Below, piece by piece: positions 52,000 through 64,000 of a stretch of 64,000 bases of DNA. Under the pieces are notes generated by a model. That model saw only the letters and a program-made list of their open reading frames with translations, had not been told where the DNA came from and did not search any database. This stretch comes from Octopus sinensis (Eukaryota). The stretch covers positions 22,568,001 through 22,632,000 of the forward strand of contig NC_043015.1 in the NCBI RefSeq assembly GCF_006345805.1, given 5' to 3'. Positions within the stretch are counted from its first letter, which is position 1. Each line of letters begins with the position of its first letter. The translations under genes were made by a program, and so were the position numbers.

Positions 52000-53070
52000 T
52001 TTAAATTGATAGTGTTTTCTCCATGTAAGTGAGCAGTACTTGTCCGTACAATCTTTTGTATTCCTCTGTGACATGGTTCTTATGGGATAGTGTCTAGCTG
52101 TTTCTGACATGCCTTTCTTATCATACCTAGGGCACCCACAATAACAGGAACAGTTCACGCTTTAAGATGCCACATCTTTTGTATTTCATTTTCCAGGTCC
52201 TTATATCTACTTAATTTGTCAAATCCTTTTACATGTATAATTTTCATCATTGGGAACACTTATATCAATTACATTTCAAGTATTTATTTGCACGTGTTTA
52301 ATGACAATGCTTGGACAATTAGCCAGGATCATTCTGTCGGTGTTGACTGGAAATTCCCAGAGGATAGTGAATATTGTTACCATATCAGTACATAGGCATG
52401 CTGATTTTGAAGTGCTTACTTATTAGTACTGGAATCCCGAGATGAAATAGTCTGTTGTTTCATGAAATGTATCTCAGAATCTGCATTTAGGGTCAGAAAC
52501 GTTTACAAGAGAGTTAGCCTGGTAAGTTTTGGTAAGCAAACTTTGATCTTGCGCCGCTGTTATGAAACATAGAGCCTCTGCTTTCAGCTCTGGCATTCTA
52601 AGCCATTGTCCATGAAAAGGTTTCTGGGTCCGTCGCCCACAGTTTGTTTCTGCCCCTTCATTTATGCAGTTATTTTGATCTGATTTGCTTGTTTCGTGGC
52701 ACTGATTTCAGGTTGTTCATCAAATTCAGGGCTAATGCCAAGTTTCCTTGCAAATATGCAATTTTTCTCCATAATAGAATGTGATACTTTATTGATTTCG
52801 TGTGTGTAAACAAGTCGCAGCATCCAGCACTCTGTACTAGATAAGTACTTGTTCATTATTATTGTTCTACTTGCTTCATTCATCTTCTCTTCATTATTTT
52901 TAGGTTGGTACAGACGATCAGCATCTGCCTTTCGGTGGTGCATGTTTTTGGATGGTAGTATCTTGCTTGTCTTCCTCTCCAGGCTTAGTAGCTCTGTAAG
53001 ATTCCAGTTAATTATATTAAAACTGTATTGGAATACTGAAATGTGCCAGGGTGTTGATAGCTTCGATGCT
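52000..53070 (-). mobile_element. 5'-truncated, degraded R4/Dong LINE
   Basis: FQYSFNIINW..MHHRKADADRLY..; L.AE..FI.AAQDQSL; KYKDL-like; VPVIVGALG; ends RKTLSI-like. Confidence 0.8.
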
Positions 53071-53072
53071 GT

Positions 53073-53096
53073 TATCATCATCATCATCATCATCAT

Positions 53097-53127
<31 letters not shown>

Positions 53128-53215
53128 TCATCATCATCATCATCATCTTCATCATTATCATCATCATTATCATCATCATCATAATCATCATCACCATCAT
53201 CATCACCATCATCAC

Positions 53216-53248
<33 letters not shown>

Positions 53249-53295
53249 ATCATCATCATCATAATCATCATCACCATCATCATCACCATCATCAC

Positions 53296-53331
<36 letters not shown>

Positions 53332-53354
53332 TATTATTATTATTATTATTATTA

Positions 53355-53385
<31 letters not shown>

Positions 53386-53490
53386 GTTAGTAGTAGTAGT
53401 AGTAGTAGTAGTGTAGTAGTAGTAGTAGTAGTAGTAGTAGTATAGTAGTAGTAGTAAGTGCATTGTTGTTGTTGTCGTTATTAATTTTAT
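53073..53490. repeat. Compound trinucleotide array (ATC)n-(ATT)n-(AGT)n-(GTT)n
   Basis: Direct reading; source of the poly-H/I/M/S ORFs. Confidence 0.95.
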
Positions 53491-54651
53491 TATTGTCACC
53501 TCTGCAGCCAAAGATTATGCGACTATTAGCGGTGAGCATATATAAACATCACCTATGCATGTGACTAAAATACCATTAATGAGCGGTATGCTTCGTATAA
53601 CATTATTCACAGATTGTGATATCGTGAAAGATATTTCAATCATTTCCAGTAAATGAGGCATGTCATTGTCGACAGAAATAATAAAGCATAGAGATAATAT
53701 GTAAAAACAAAATACACTTGTATTTAGAAGTTTCAGCGAACACTCTCGGGGCATATTGTCATAATTTTCATCTGGTTACAGAACAGAAAGGAAAAAAAAA
53801 TAAAACAGAACAGATAAAATGTACATAAAAATATAAACTAGTGAACTGTAAATCCTATGGAAATAGAGAAAAAATATGCATTATGTTTGTTTGTTTTGGT
53901 TGTAGATAACTGGGGTCTATATGCGTATGAGTGTACATGTATATATGTATGTATGTATGTGTGTATGATTTATCGGCAAGAATACATGAGACTGCTTATA
54001 TACGTCACTGAGTGTGCAATAATATATATATAGACACGTGTGTCTGTATGCATCTATGTGTTTGTGTCTGTATGCATCTATGTGTTTGTGTCTGTATGTG
54101 TATGTGTATGTGCACGCTTTTGAATGCATCTATGTTTGCACATAGGTACTTAACAGATAAAAACACACACCTGTTCAAGCACACATACGAATAAATGGAC
54201 ACACACACACATGTATATAGAAATGAATATACACAAGCACATACATGCACACAGCCCCCACATATATCTGTGTGTTTATATATGTCCTTGTCTTAGTGTG
54301 TTATTAAGTGTGTGTGCAAGAGACAGAGAGAGAGAAAGAGAGAGAGAGAGTGAAAGAGAGAGTTTATGCAAGAAACGTATAGATGTAAGGACACCCAGCA
54401 TATTCTCTATAGTTTATAATTGTATTTGTCAGTTTGGTGACTTCCCACGACATGCAGAGTGTCATTGGCACGAAAGTCCGTGACTAATCTGATTTCCGCT
54501 GATCGATGTAACACGACCATTCGTGCTTATGACACGCTGGGTAATAGCCGTGTGTGCCACGAACAACACACACATAAATATAAGTATCATATATATACGT
54601 ATACACACACCTACACACACGTACACACACACACACATGTACATATATATA

Positions 54652-54713
<62 letters not shown>

Positions 54714-54839
54714 CAAAATATTAAGGAATGACCCTGAGAAGGTCGTTCGACTCACTTGAAAAGAGCAGCTAAAACTCAAAACCGCAAAAAATAGTAATTC
54801 TGAAACTAGAGGAAAATAAAAAACATTTATCCCCTTCAA

Positions 54840-54935
54840 ACTTTGTACCCTGCAAGGTTTCAACATCTTCACGCAATCAAATTAAATTTAATTAAATTAA
54901 ATCCGTTTACGCTTGGCTTGTCTCGTCAGCAAAGT
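54840..54935 (-). ncRNA. Type I hammerhead ribozyme (minus copy)
   Basis: Reverse complement ACTTTG-CTGACGA-GACA...TGTT-GAAA-CCT(TGCA)GGG-TA-CAAAGT. Confidence 0.85.
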
Positions 54936-55377
54936 CACCAAAATAGGAGGCAGATATATATACACGAGGCTACACCATCTAAGCCTCGGGTCTATATATC
55001 GTAAATTTTCGAATTCACCGTAATCGCGCCATCTACTCCGCAGCAAATATAAGCTGCTGATACAAATTTCAGAATTAGTCAAAAATTCATTAATCAATCA
55101 ATATAAGGGTAACAAAAAATTCAAGAAAAATTTTCTGCCACCAGCGGGCAAGTGAGAAAATAGAAATAGTCAGAGACTATATGATACATTCAACAAAATA
55201 TTAAGGAATTCTGACTAATTCTGACTAATATTGACTAATTCTGAAATTTGTATCAGCAGCTTATATTTGCTGCGGAGTAGATGGCGCGATTACGGTGAAT
55301 TCGAAAATTTACGATATATAGACCCGAGGCTTAGATGGTGTAGCCTCGTGTATATATATCTGCCTCCTATTTTGGTG

Positions 55378-55473
55378 ACTTTGCTGACGAGACAAGCCAA
55401 GCGTAAACGGATTTAATTTAATTTAATTAAATTTGATTGCGTGAAGATGTTGAAACCTTCCAGGGTACAAAGT
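55378..55473 (+). ncRNA. Type I hammerhead ribozyme (plus copy)
   Basis: Stem I ACTTTG/CAAAGT; CTGACGA 55384-55390; stem II GACA/TGTT with a long AT-rich loop; GAAA 55452-55455; stem III CCT(TCCA)GGG; GTA triplet ending at 55467. Confidence 0.85.
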
Positions 55474-55694
55474 TTGAAGGGGATAAATGTTTTTTATTTT
55501 CCTCTAGTTTCAGAATTACTATTTTTTGCGGTTTTGAGTTTTAGCTGCTCTTTTCAAGTGAGTCGAACGACCTTCTCAGGGTCATTCCTTAATATTTTGT
55601 TGAATGTATCATATAGTCTCTGACTATTTCTATTTTCTCACTTGACCGCTGGTGGCAGAAAATTTTTCTTGAATTTTTTGTTACCCTTATATTG

Positions 55695-55736
<42 letters not shown>

Positions 55737-57559
55737 ACGTTCGTATTGTGTAACATTCAACACATTTATATTCGCTAATGTGTAAACGGTATACATGATC
55801 TCCTAAGATGTCCCAACACAGTTTAGTAGCTTTATTCTTTCTTATGAAAAAGGGTTCACATTTTGCAATCAGGATATCCCTAATTCATCCGTATCTAGCC
55901 CCATTAAATTTTGCTTAACATATAACCACTCCTATTTGACCCAGTCAGTTCGTTTATAGATATTTTATCAAGTATATATTATATGACCATACAAATTTAT
56001 TGTTTTATATTCTAGAAAATAAAGAAAGAAAAGAAAACACTCCACATGAATATATTTTAAACAATCATATTATTCTACCATTACAGTAAAGCAATTATGA
56101 TCATATAACCTCTCGGGAGATTTTAGCAGGAATAACAACTAGGTGGGGGAAATGCGGTGCAGTGAATATCAAAGTTTTCTTTGGCTGACTGTTTTAATAT
56201 ATTGATATAGGATTCAATAAATATTGATTAAACCCACAATATTGTTTTATAGAAAAATTTTGTTACTAGGTATTGTTTTATCTATTTATTTAATGTGCTG
56301 TATAGATCAGCGCCGATTCTTCAACGCTATAAATATATAATACATGACAATTATGACTTTTCAGCAAAAGTTTGTATCTTTTACTACTCTATTAAACGCA
56401 TTGTTTTCCAAGACTGTAGGATAGATGTGAGGGATTTCTATGCACGTACGTTCAGCAATCACATACATGTTTCCTTGTTCACAATTCATTGGTTATTTGG
56501 TGTTTTTAGTGCTGCTATTCGTTGGTTGATATTTAGCACCGAACTACCGTTATACCGACTGGACTATGAGCGGAAGCGTTTCATCAGCAACCATCCCGAC
56601 TTTCTATCTCAGGTATTACATTTTCCAGCGCATTTGTGAGATATCTTGTGGATATCTTGTGTTAGGAGCGCGGGTAAGGTGACTCAGGAGAACGACAGGT
56701 CCAATGGTGGAGTTGCTCCTACTGCAACGGCTTTTGCATAGCCCTACAATGGGGAGAAAATAGAAAACAGAAACAAAAACACTTTACGCGCGAGTCGCTC
56801 AACGATAATCTTCAACTGTGATACACAACAATTTTTCAACAACGGACAGTCTTGAAGAGAAAGCTTTCAACACTCCACCAACAATCCAAGCCCGTGGTCA
56901 AAAATGACAAAACTCAGAACTCAAACAAACAAGTAGTCTGCAACATCAAAGTCTTCAATTTCTTATTACCTAAAAGGGGCTAGAAATAGAGATTATACGC
57001 TACAAAACAGTACTAAACATATAATCGGGGAAATAAAAAATCGAGTGAAGAAAAACGAAAAGAACGAAAGAAAATATGAAAATGATAAAATGAGGCGCAA
57101 TGGTTACATTTGTTCGTGAGATATAATTTTTCTCAGCGATGGTTTCAAGCATTAATTAAATTAGCAAATGAATCTTCACTTGTGTATCTTCATATGTGTA
57201 ACGAAAAGAATACGAGGTGGATTATTTACATTGTTAACACTCCTAGTTGTTCACAGAATCTGCTAGAATCGTACATCGTTCTTTATCAGATAACAAGTAT
57301 TGTGCGGTGTAAAGGATGTCAAGGTTAATTTGGAGAAAACGTTGCAGTAAAACAGTGATGCATTCTCCCTTGCTTTGTATTTCATTTAATACCAATTATA
57401 GACATATTCAATCATTCAAGTACACCTACATTAATGAAGGCCTCATTATCCATTTTTAAGTATAACCGAGATAAAATGTCATACAAAAGATAAGATATGT
57501 TATCATTAGAGGAATGTTCTTAGTCATACCCTGAAAATATGCAAAAAAATATTGTTCAC

Positions 57560-58090
57560 TTTATCTTATGAAATAATACGACGAAAGTTGCAACAAATTT
57601 CTCTTCTCAATGAAACTGAAGAAGACCAAAATCTTAGGGTATAAGCACTCAAGTTACTTTCTGTATTACGATAAAAAACAACGAAATGGATGGAGTATCA
57701 TTGGTTTCCGTGTATTGAATCCAAAGCGACATTTAGTTTCGTGCTACGGGTAGAAATCCTTAAGCACATCAAGAAATCTGCTACTGCTGTCTGAAAATTG
57801 TTAAGAATATATCAGGTTATTACTCGAACGTCTGCTATAATCGTAGCATCGAAGACCTGTTATTTGCAAACTTTTTTTAATGTCAGCGAATTGGAAACAG
57901 AATGCTCTAAAAGAACGCAAACTTCATGTCCGGCATACTAGTTATCTGCGAAGAATACGTTGGACCATATATCAAGAGAGGAGTTATAACACGAATTCCC
58001 TAGGGAGAACGACTTTCATTAATATTCATCTTTGGATGCGGAGAAAAATTCCAATGTTCCTGCGCTTTTCCAGTCTTCTCAAAGAATATT
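57560..58090 (+). pseudogene. Old RTE-like LINE RT C-terminal relic
   Basis: FSMKLKKTKIL..ITIKNNEMDGV and RKLHVRHTSYLRRI..YQER.YN..L.R resemble the post-YADD region of RTE-type LINEs; many breaks. Confidence 0.4.
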
Positions 58091-58281
58091 AACGTGTGAT
58101 AGGGACAGCGGAAAAAACAATCCTTATATAACAAAATACAACTGAAGATACTGTTAGACGGAATTTCTCTGTCATTTCACAAGTTATTTTCAAACCTTCT
58201 GCACCTCTAGTGGTGCCCACTATAATGCGGATGGGTGACGGATAATAATCGAGTGAAATAATTAAGCACCACATGACATAT

Positions 58282-58355
<74 letters not shown>

Positions 58356-58356
<1 letters not shown>

Positions 58357-58557
58357 TTTACTCTTTTACTCTTTTACTTGTTTCAGCCATTTGACTGTGT
58401 CCCATGCTGGAGCACCGTTTTTAGTCGAGCAAATCGACCCCAGGACTTATTCTTTGTAAGCCTAGTACTTATTCTGTCGGTCACTTTTGCCGAACCGCTA
58501 TGTTACGTGGACGTAAACACAGCAGCATCGGCTGTGGGGACAAATACAGACACACTA

Positions 58558-58597
<40 letters not shown>

Positions 58598-58776
58598 ATA
58601 TACATATATACATATATACGATGTGCGTCTTTCAGTTTCCGTCTACCAAGTCCACTTACAAGGCTTTGGTCGGCTCGACGCTATAGTAGAAATCACTTGC
58701 CCAAGGTGCTACGCAGTGGGACTGAATCCGGAACCATGTGGTTGGGAAGCAAACGTCTTGCCTCACAACCACTCCT
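58356..58776 (-). mobile_element. tRNA-SINE family A (older copy)
   Basis: Reverse complement of 29246-29644 with more substitutions. Further decayed SINE pieces lie near 28120, 49065, 60040, 60330, 61135, 61250 and 63130. Confidence 0.85.
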
Positions 58777-61642
58777 ATATATATATTTGGACACACACAC
58801 ACGCACACATTTAACCGTGCATGTATGTACGCGTAATACTTGGGTGTGTGTTGAGTTCTGGTAAGCACGTAATACATAACAAATGACTATATTTCATACT
58901 TTAGCTCTCCCGTCGTAGAGATGCGCAAAAATTAAAAGTAACGTTTTGATTCTTCGCCAAACACTTAGGTGTCTTAAAGAGAAGAACGCAAGCATGTTGA
59001 TCATGGTTCATTATTACTCTGCAAACGGGCGAATCAACCTGCTAAACATTCATGTTACATCTCTAAGTTACCCACTACCATCTTCCACAAGGAGATGATG
59101 TATTAGTTATTAAAGTGCTACAGGCTTCAGAAATACTCTAATCATGGTCATGGGTAGAATGCCTTTGATCATAGATCTGCTGTATAAGGTTGACCTTCGA
59201 CAAACCTAAAATAAAAATGCTGCATCTCCTGATGAGGAGGATGCTGCTGTTACTGTTTCTACATTACATGAGAGAATCGATTTATGACGTCATACGTTCT
59301 CACTGCGGTTAGGCTCGACCAAATGCAATTTACTACAGTCCTCGAGCAACGTTCATTGTGTTTGTTCCCTACGTTGTATCCCCATTGGAATATAATTATT
59401 TCTTCGTTATTTGAGAAAGAACATACGCACAAAAGGTTGCGCTGTGGGAAATATCTTAAAGGCATTTTCTCTTTGAGAAGTCTTTTGAACAAAAATATTC
59501 CTGCTGTAAAGAACTTTTTAATTTATTCTCAGACAGAGTAGCTTCCATTCTATCATGCAATATATTCTATCATTTTGTTAGACAGTAACTTTAAGGTGAA
59601 CGATCTGCTTCTATTTCTAGTATAACGCGATCCTGCACAAAAGACCACACTACACAATAATATTTTTGAAATTTTATGCCATTTCCAACCGTGATCATCA
59701 AGACTAATGAGATATGCGCGATTTCATTGATCAATATATTTTTTTTTACATTTGAAAACAAAATGCTTTGCCGGAGAATAAACTATTGTAATAGAAAATT
59801 GAGAAACCTCAGTGAGATTGCGTCAAATATTATAATATTAATATTTAATATTAACTAATGCATTCCTATGGTGATATGGCGATATGAACGAAGTAATTAT
59901 TTATGCAAAAATAACTTCGTTTTCCTATTTATTTAGATCTTCGCATTAGAGTCATAATAGAGTAGTTATTTTGCTAACCTTGCCTGCTGCTTTCCTCATC
60001 CAACACATGCACATAGATTTACATATAGCAAAACTATTGAGAATCAGAGCTAGCAGAATCGTTAGCACGTCGGATGAACTGCTCGGCAGCATTCATTCCG
60101 GTTCTTTATGTCGTCTTCTCAAATACTGGCCAGGTCTTCTTTGATGTCCATCGTCTCACTTTTATTAGAATAAAATACCAGCCATATACTAGGTTGACGT
60201 CCACGACTTTTCCTCTGACTCGGAATTGCTGGTCCTCTGGAATATCAATGAAACTGTTAAATTAAAGCAATAAATATTGTTCATTGAATCAATAGATACG
60301 ATTAATTATAACATGAACGTCAAGTTGACGGAGTTTTCAGGGAGATTGATCGTGAGCCACAGCCCCTTCTGCTAGCTATGTGGAGCAACGTGATATAAAG
60401 TGTCTTGCTCAGAGACACAAAATACCGCCGGTAATCGAACTCACGATCTCACCATCATGTGCTGATTATCCTACCCACTAAGCCAGATTTTATTTATTCA
60501 TTTATTTGTATTTATTGCTAGATTTTTATATACATGGACAGATAGAGAAATAGATAGACATATAGATAGAGAGATAGGTAGAGAGAAAGAGAAATAGAGA
60601 GAGAGCGCGTCCGGTAAATTTCATAAGCGAAACCTGAAGACTGCAAGAATATACAATTTTTGCCAAATGTAATAATTTCATGCTTATAAAGAATGGAAAG
60701 AATTTCGACGTTTTGGATGCCAGTCCTTCAGAAAAATAAAAGCATGGTAAATTGGAACCATATGGAAGTCTGTGTGCTGCGGTTTCTTCGTTTACGCGTC
60801 ACGATTTTTGTTTGACCTAGTCACCAAGTAGAATCATAATTTGGTTATTACTGGCGCGTATATTTTTTGAGCGATGCCACAGAAAGAGCCAACTTTTGCT
60901 CTGGATGCACATACTCCTTGCATTAGTTATACTTAGCAGTGTCACACAAACCCAACCATAAAATATCAGATGGGGCGAAATGAAACCATCACTGCTGTGA
61001 CATGAAATTGTACTATAGCTGGTTTCCAATACTCTCTCACACACACACTGACGCACGCACGGCAAGACAGAAACACACACATGCACGCACATATATGATA
61101 TATATATATATATATATATATATTCTTTAGTTCTATTACTCTTTTACTTGTTGCAGCACCACCATAAAGTGTTATTTAGTCGAAGAAATAGAGCACAGAA
61201 CTTATTCTTTGTAGGCCTAGTGTTTATTTTATCGGTCAACTGGTAACTAGTTTACCGAATCCTATTTTATCGACTCGAAAGGTGAACGGCAAAGTCGACC
61301 CTGCCGGCATTTAAACTTAAAAGGAAGTAAAATCGGACGAGATTTCGCTAAATATTTTGCCCCGCGTGTTTACGTTTCTACAAGTGCACCGGCCTCATTG
61401 ACTTATATATTGATAGACATAAGCATACACATATCTAATAGCTTTTCATCAATATCTTTGTGTGTATGGGAATGTTTTATAAATTACAAGTATGTTAACG
61501 GGTGTGACTATAATTTACTTAATCATCGGTATATTATTATGATTTTATTTTTAATATTTCTATTATATGTAATTTTCTAGATGGTGTAATTTAATTGTTC
61601 ATTTTGATTTTGATAAAAGGTGGGTTTTTTCTAATTTTTATA

Positions 61643-61693
<51 letters not shown>

Positions 61694-61695
61694 AT

Positions 61696-61739
<44 letters not shown>

Positions 61740-63657
61740 CATGGGGAGTGATTTGTGTCTGTATATACATGTAACTTCGTGTTTTGCGATCCATTATTGC
61801 TTAGTCATTAATTAAGTGGTTAAGTATAGAAGCAATTAATATTACATTATTACAATATCAGCGCGTGGGCGGGAATCAATCTCACCAATTTACTGTTTGG
61901 CTCCTTTTACTGGTTCTCTAATCATGAAACACTACAGAAACTACCAGGAGAATATGTGCTACTCAATAGAAAGTAATTTAAACGAATTATTAAACGATAT
62001 ATCAGATTAATCAAACTTGTAATTATAAATGAACATTAAACGTATAGTTGGTTTTTGTTTGCTTTGTTGTTTTTCTATATATATTTTTGGTTCTATCAGA
62101 CACAGACCAGTTTATATAAGAATTAGTAGGAATATGAACAAAATGGAGAATTGTAGTTTGTTAAATTCTCTTTACATTTCAAGTTGTATCTGGCCAGTTC
62201 TTATTAACCCTGAACCTAAAACATTAAACCGTTTCGAAGTAGATTTGGATTTATTCAGGAAATATTTTAGTCGTCTTCTGATAAAATCGCAATTCACTGT
62301 CACATACGTTAGCTGTTTTCTGTGCCATTCCATCTTCTTTTTTCTTCTGATTATCTAAGCCAGTAGACTGCGACTATGTTAAGACAACTCATCGGAAGGT
62401 TAATTCACACAAATTGATTTCGTCATTTGGGGTCATTTTAAGTAGAATTCTTTTGATAAACCACAATGGGTCACGGACGTAGACACACTTCCATAAGATA
62501 GGAACAAAAGCCATGACTTTCAATCACACATCCGTACACATATATAGCAATGGTTGACCCAGTACTGTAGTGGGAAAATTTTAACTAATAGGCCGCGCAG
62601 AACCCCAGACCCACGTGTACTGAAATGGATATATTATACGTACATACATACATACATACATACATACATACATACATACATACATACAAGTATTAGCGAG
62701 GAAAGCAATATTAATCAAGAAAGATGATCCTTATATACAGCTTAATGTGGGTGCATTGCCAGAACACCGAATACTGTGGCATACACCTTGCGTATTCCTA
62801 TCATAAAGCCGTACAGTGCTAAGAGTTCAGGAATATCTCTTAGAAGAAGAAAATTGTCTGTCATGGTCGCCGTAATTGGCGAGTATGCTGTGAATATATT
62901 CGGCTGTTATGCGATGAATGTACCTGCTACCTGTTGACGCATGCCTGCCTCTGAAAAAGCGCAGTCCATAGAAATCATGTCGTCTCGCAGTTCCGGCAGT
63001 TATGACAGATTGTCGTCTGCTACTAGGAATGTTATTCTCTCAACACCATACATTACGGGAGAGGACTTCTCAACACGAATAGCTTATTATTTAGCATTGT
63101 GACAATATTCATATATGCACACACACACAAACATAAACACACACACACATGAATATACATGTTTATTGAAGGGTTTCCACTCAGTTTCCGTCTACTTAAT
63201 TCATTCACATGCAATTGGATGGTGGGAGATATAACAGACCAGAACTTTGGCCAAGATGCCTTGCAGAGGGACTGAATGCTGAATCACGTGGTTATCAAGT
63301 TAACTTGCATATCAAGCCATGGTGAAATCACATCTAGAGAGAAATATAATCCAGTTTATTATATTTCGTTATTTTATTAATTTTCTTTTAAAGTTGTCGT
63401 TCAGATGTGTAAACATAGGCGTTTACTCATATTTGAAAAGAAATATTATGTCGGAATAACTTTATTTCTAAGTTATTACATTGGTTCCATTAAAATAAAT
63501 ATCAGACGCTCAATCGCCAGCTATTAAACAATATTAATTTTTAACAGCTGCTGATTGTGTCTCTACTACAGTAGGACACACATACAAATATATTAACAGA
63601 GAAAGAGAGAGTGAGCGACATTCATAAACATACATATACATATATATACACATGCAC

Positions 63658-63721
<64 letters not shown>

Positions 63722-64000
63722 TTGTGCATATATGTATGTGTGCGTGTGTGTACATATTCATGTATACGTGAAACAAAAAGAATGCAAAAGATTTTGGGTG
63801 TTTTAAATGAAGGTAATGTCTGGTTATTTACCATTTTGATCACAAACATATGTGCATACATACATACATTCATGCATACATACGTACATAAATACATACA
63901 TACATACACATATATATATACATACATGCATACATGTATGTAACCGTACGTAGACTGTTGGTGATTTTTCTTTCTTTTTTACTTCTTTCTCTTTGGATTT

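Larger units (their letters stand above)
54712..55697. mobile_element. Non-coding HHR element, 480-nt unit present once on each strand (retrozyme-like)
   Basis: Minus copy 54712-55209 is one unit plus an 18-nt redundancy (AACAAAATATTAAGGAAT at 54712 and 55192). Plus copy 55231-55697 is a differently permuted 467-nt copy. (AT)n on both sides. Confidence 0.85.

Noticed and set aside
59222-59245. GCATCTCCTGATGAGGAGGATGC hairpin containing CTGATGA
   Set aside because: No downstream GAAA/NUH; a simple hairpin.
59285-59345. L2-like HxFVTxRLDxCN motif after frameshifting
   Set aside because: A single short motif requiring several indels.
62760-63090. RTE-like VLPVMYGVE motif on minus
   Set aside because: Requires a frameshift and has little supporting context.

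Overview
AT-rich, microsatellite-dense eukaryotic DNA, most likely from an octopus or related coleoid cephalopod. This is inferred from the recurring tRNA-derived SINE families and the (AT)n/(AC)n/(AAT)n load. No host gene could be identified with confidence, and most ORF-track entries are microsatellite translations. The window is dominated by mobile DNA: four tRNA-SINE families, several R4/Dong-type RLE LINEs in (TAA)n arrays, a head-to-head Tc1 composite, two MITEs and faint Helitron/RTE relics. The main signal is a set of Penelope-like element (PLE) derived sequences carrying type I hammerhead ribozymes (HHRs). One 5'-truncated PLE (RT thumb plus GIY-YIG) is flanked by ~0.9 kb inverted pLTRs, each with an HHR (33741-36977). 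Several short non-coding HHR elements also occur: a 522-bp near-perfect palindrome (45361-45882), a 480-nt unit present once on each strand (54712-55697), and 469-nt and 354-nt units with terminal redundancy (4115-4665; 26973-27516). These resemble non-autonomous retrozyme-like elements copied from circular or tandem RNA, and most abut (AT)n tracts. All structures were read by eye; no folding, alignment or database search was run.
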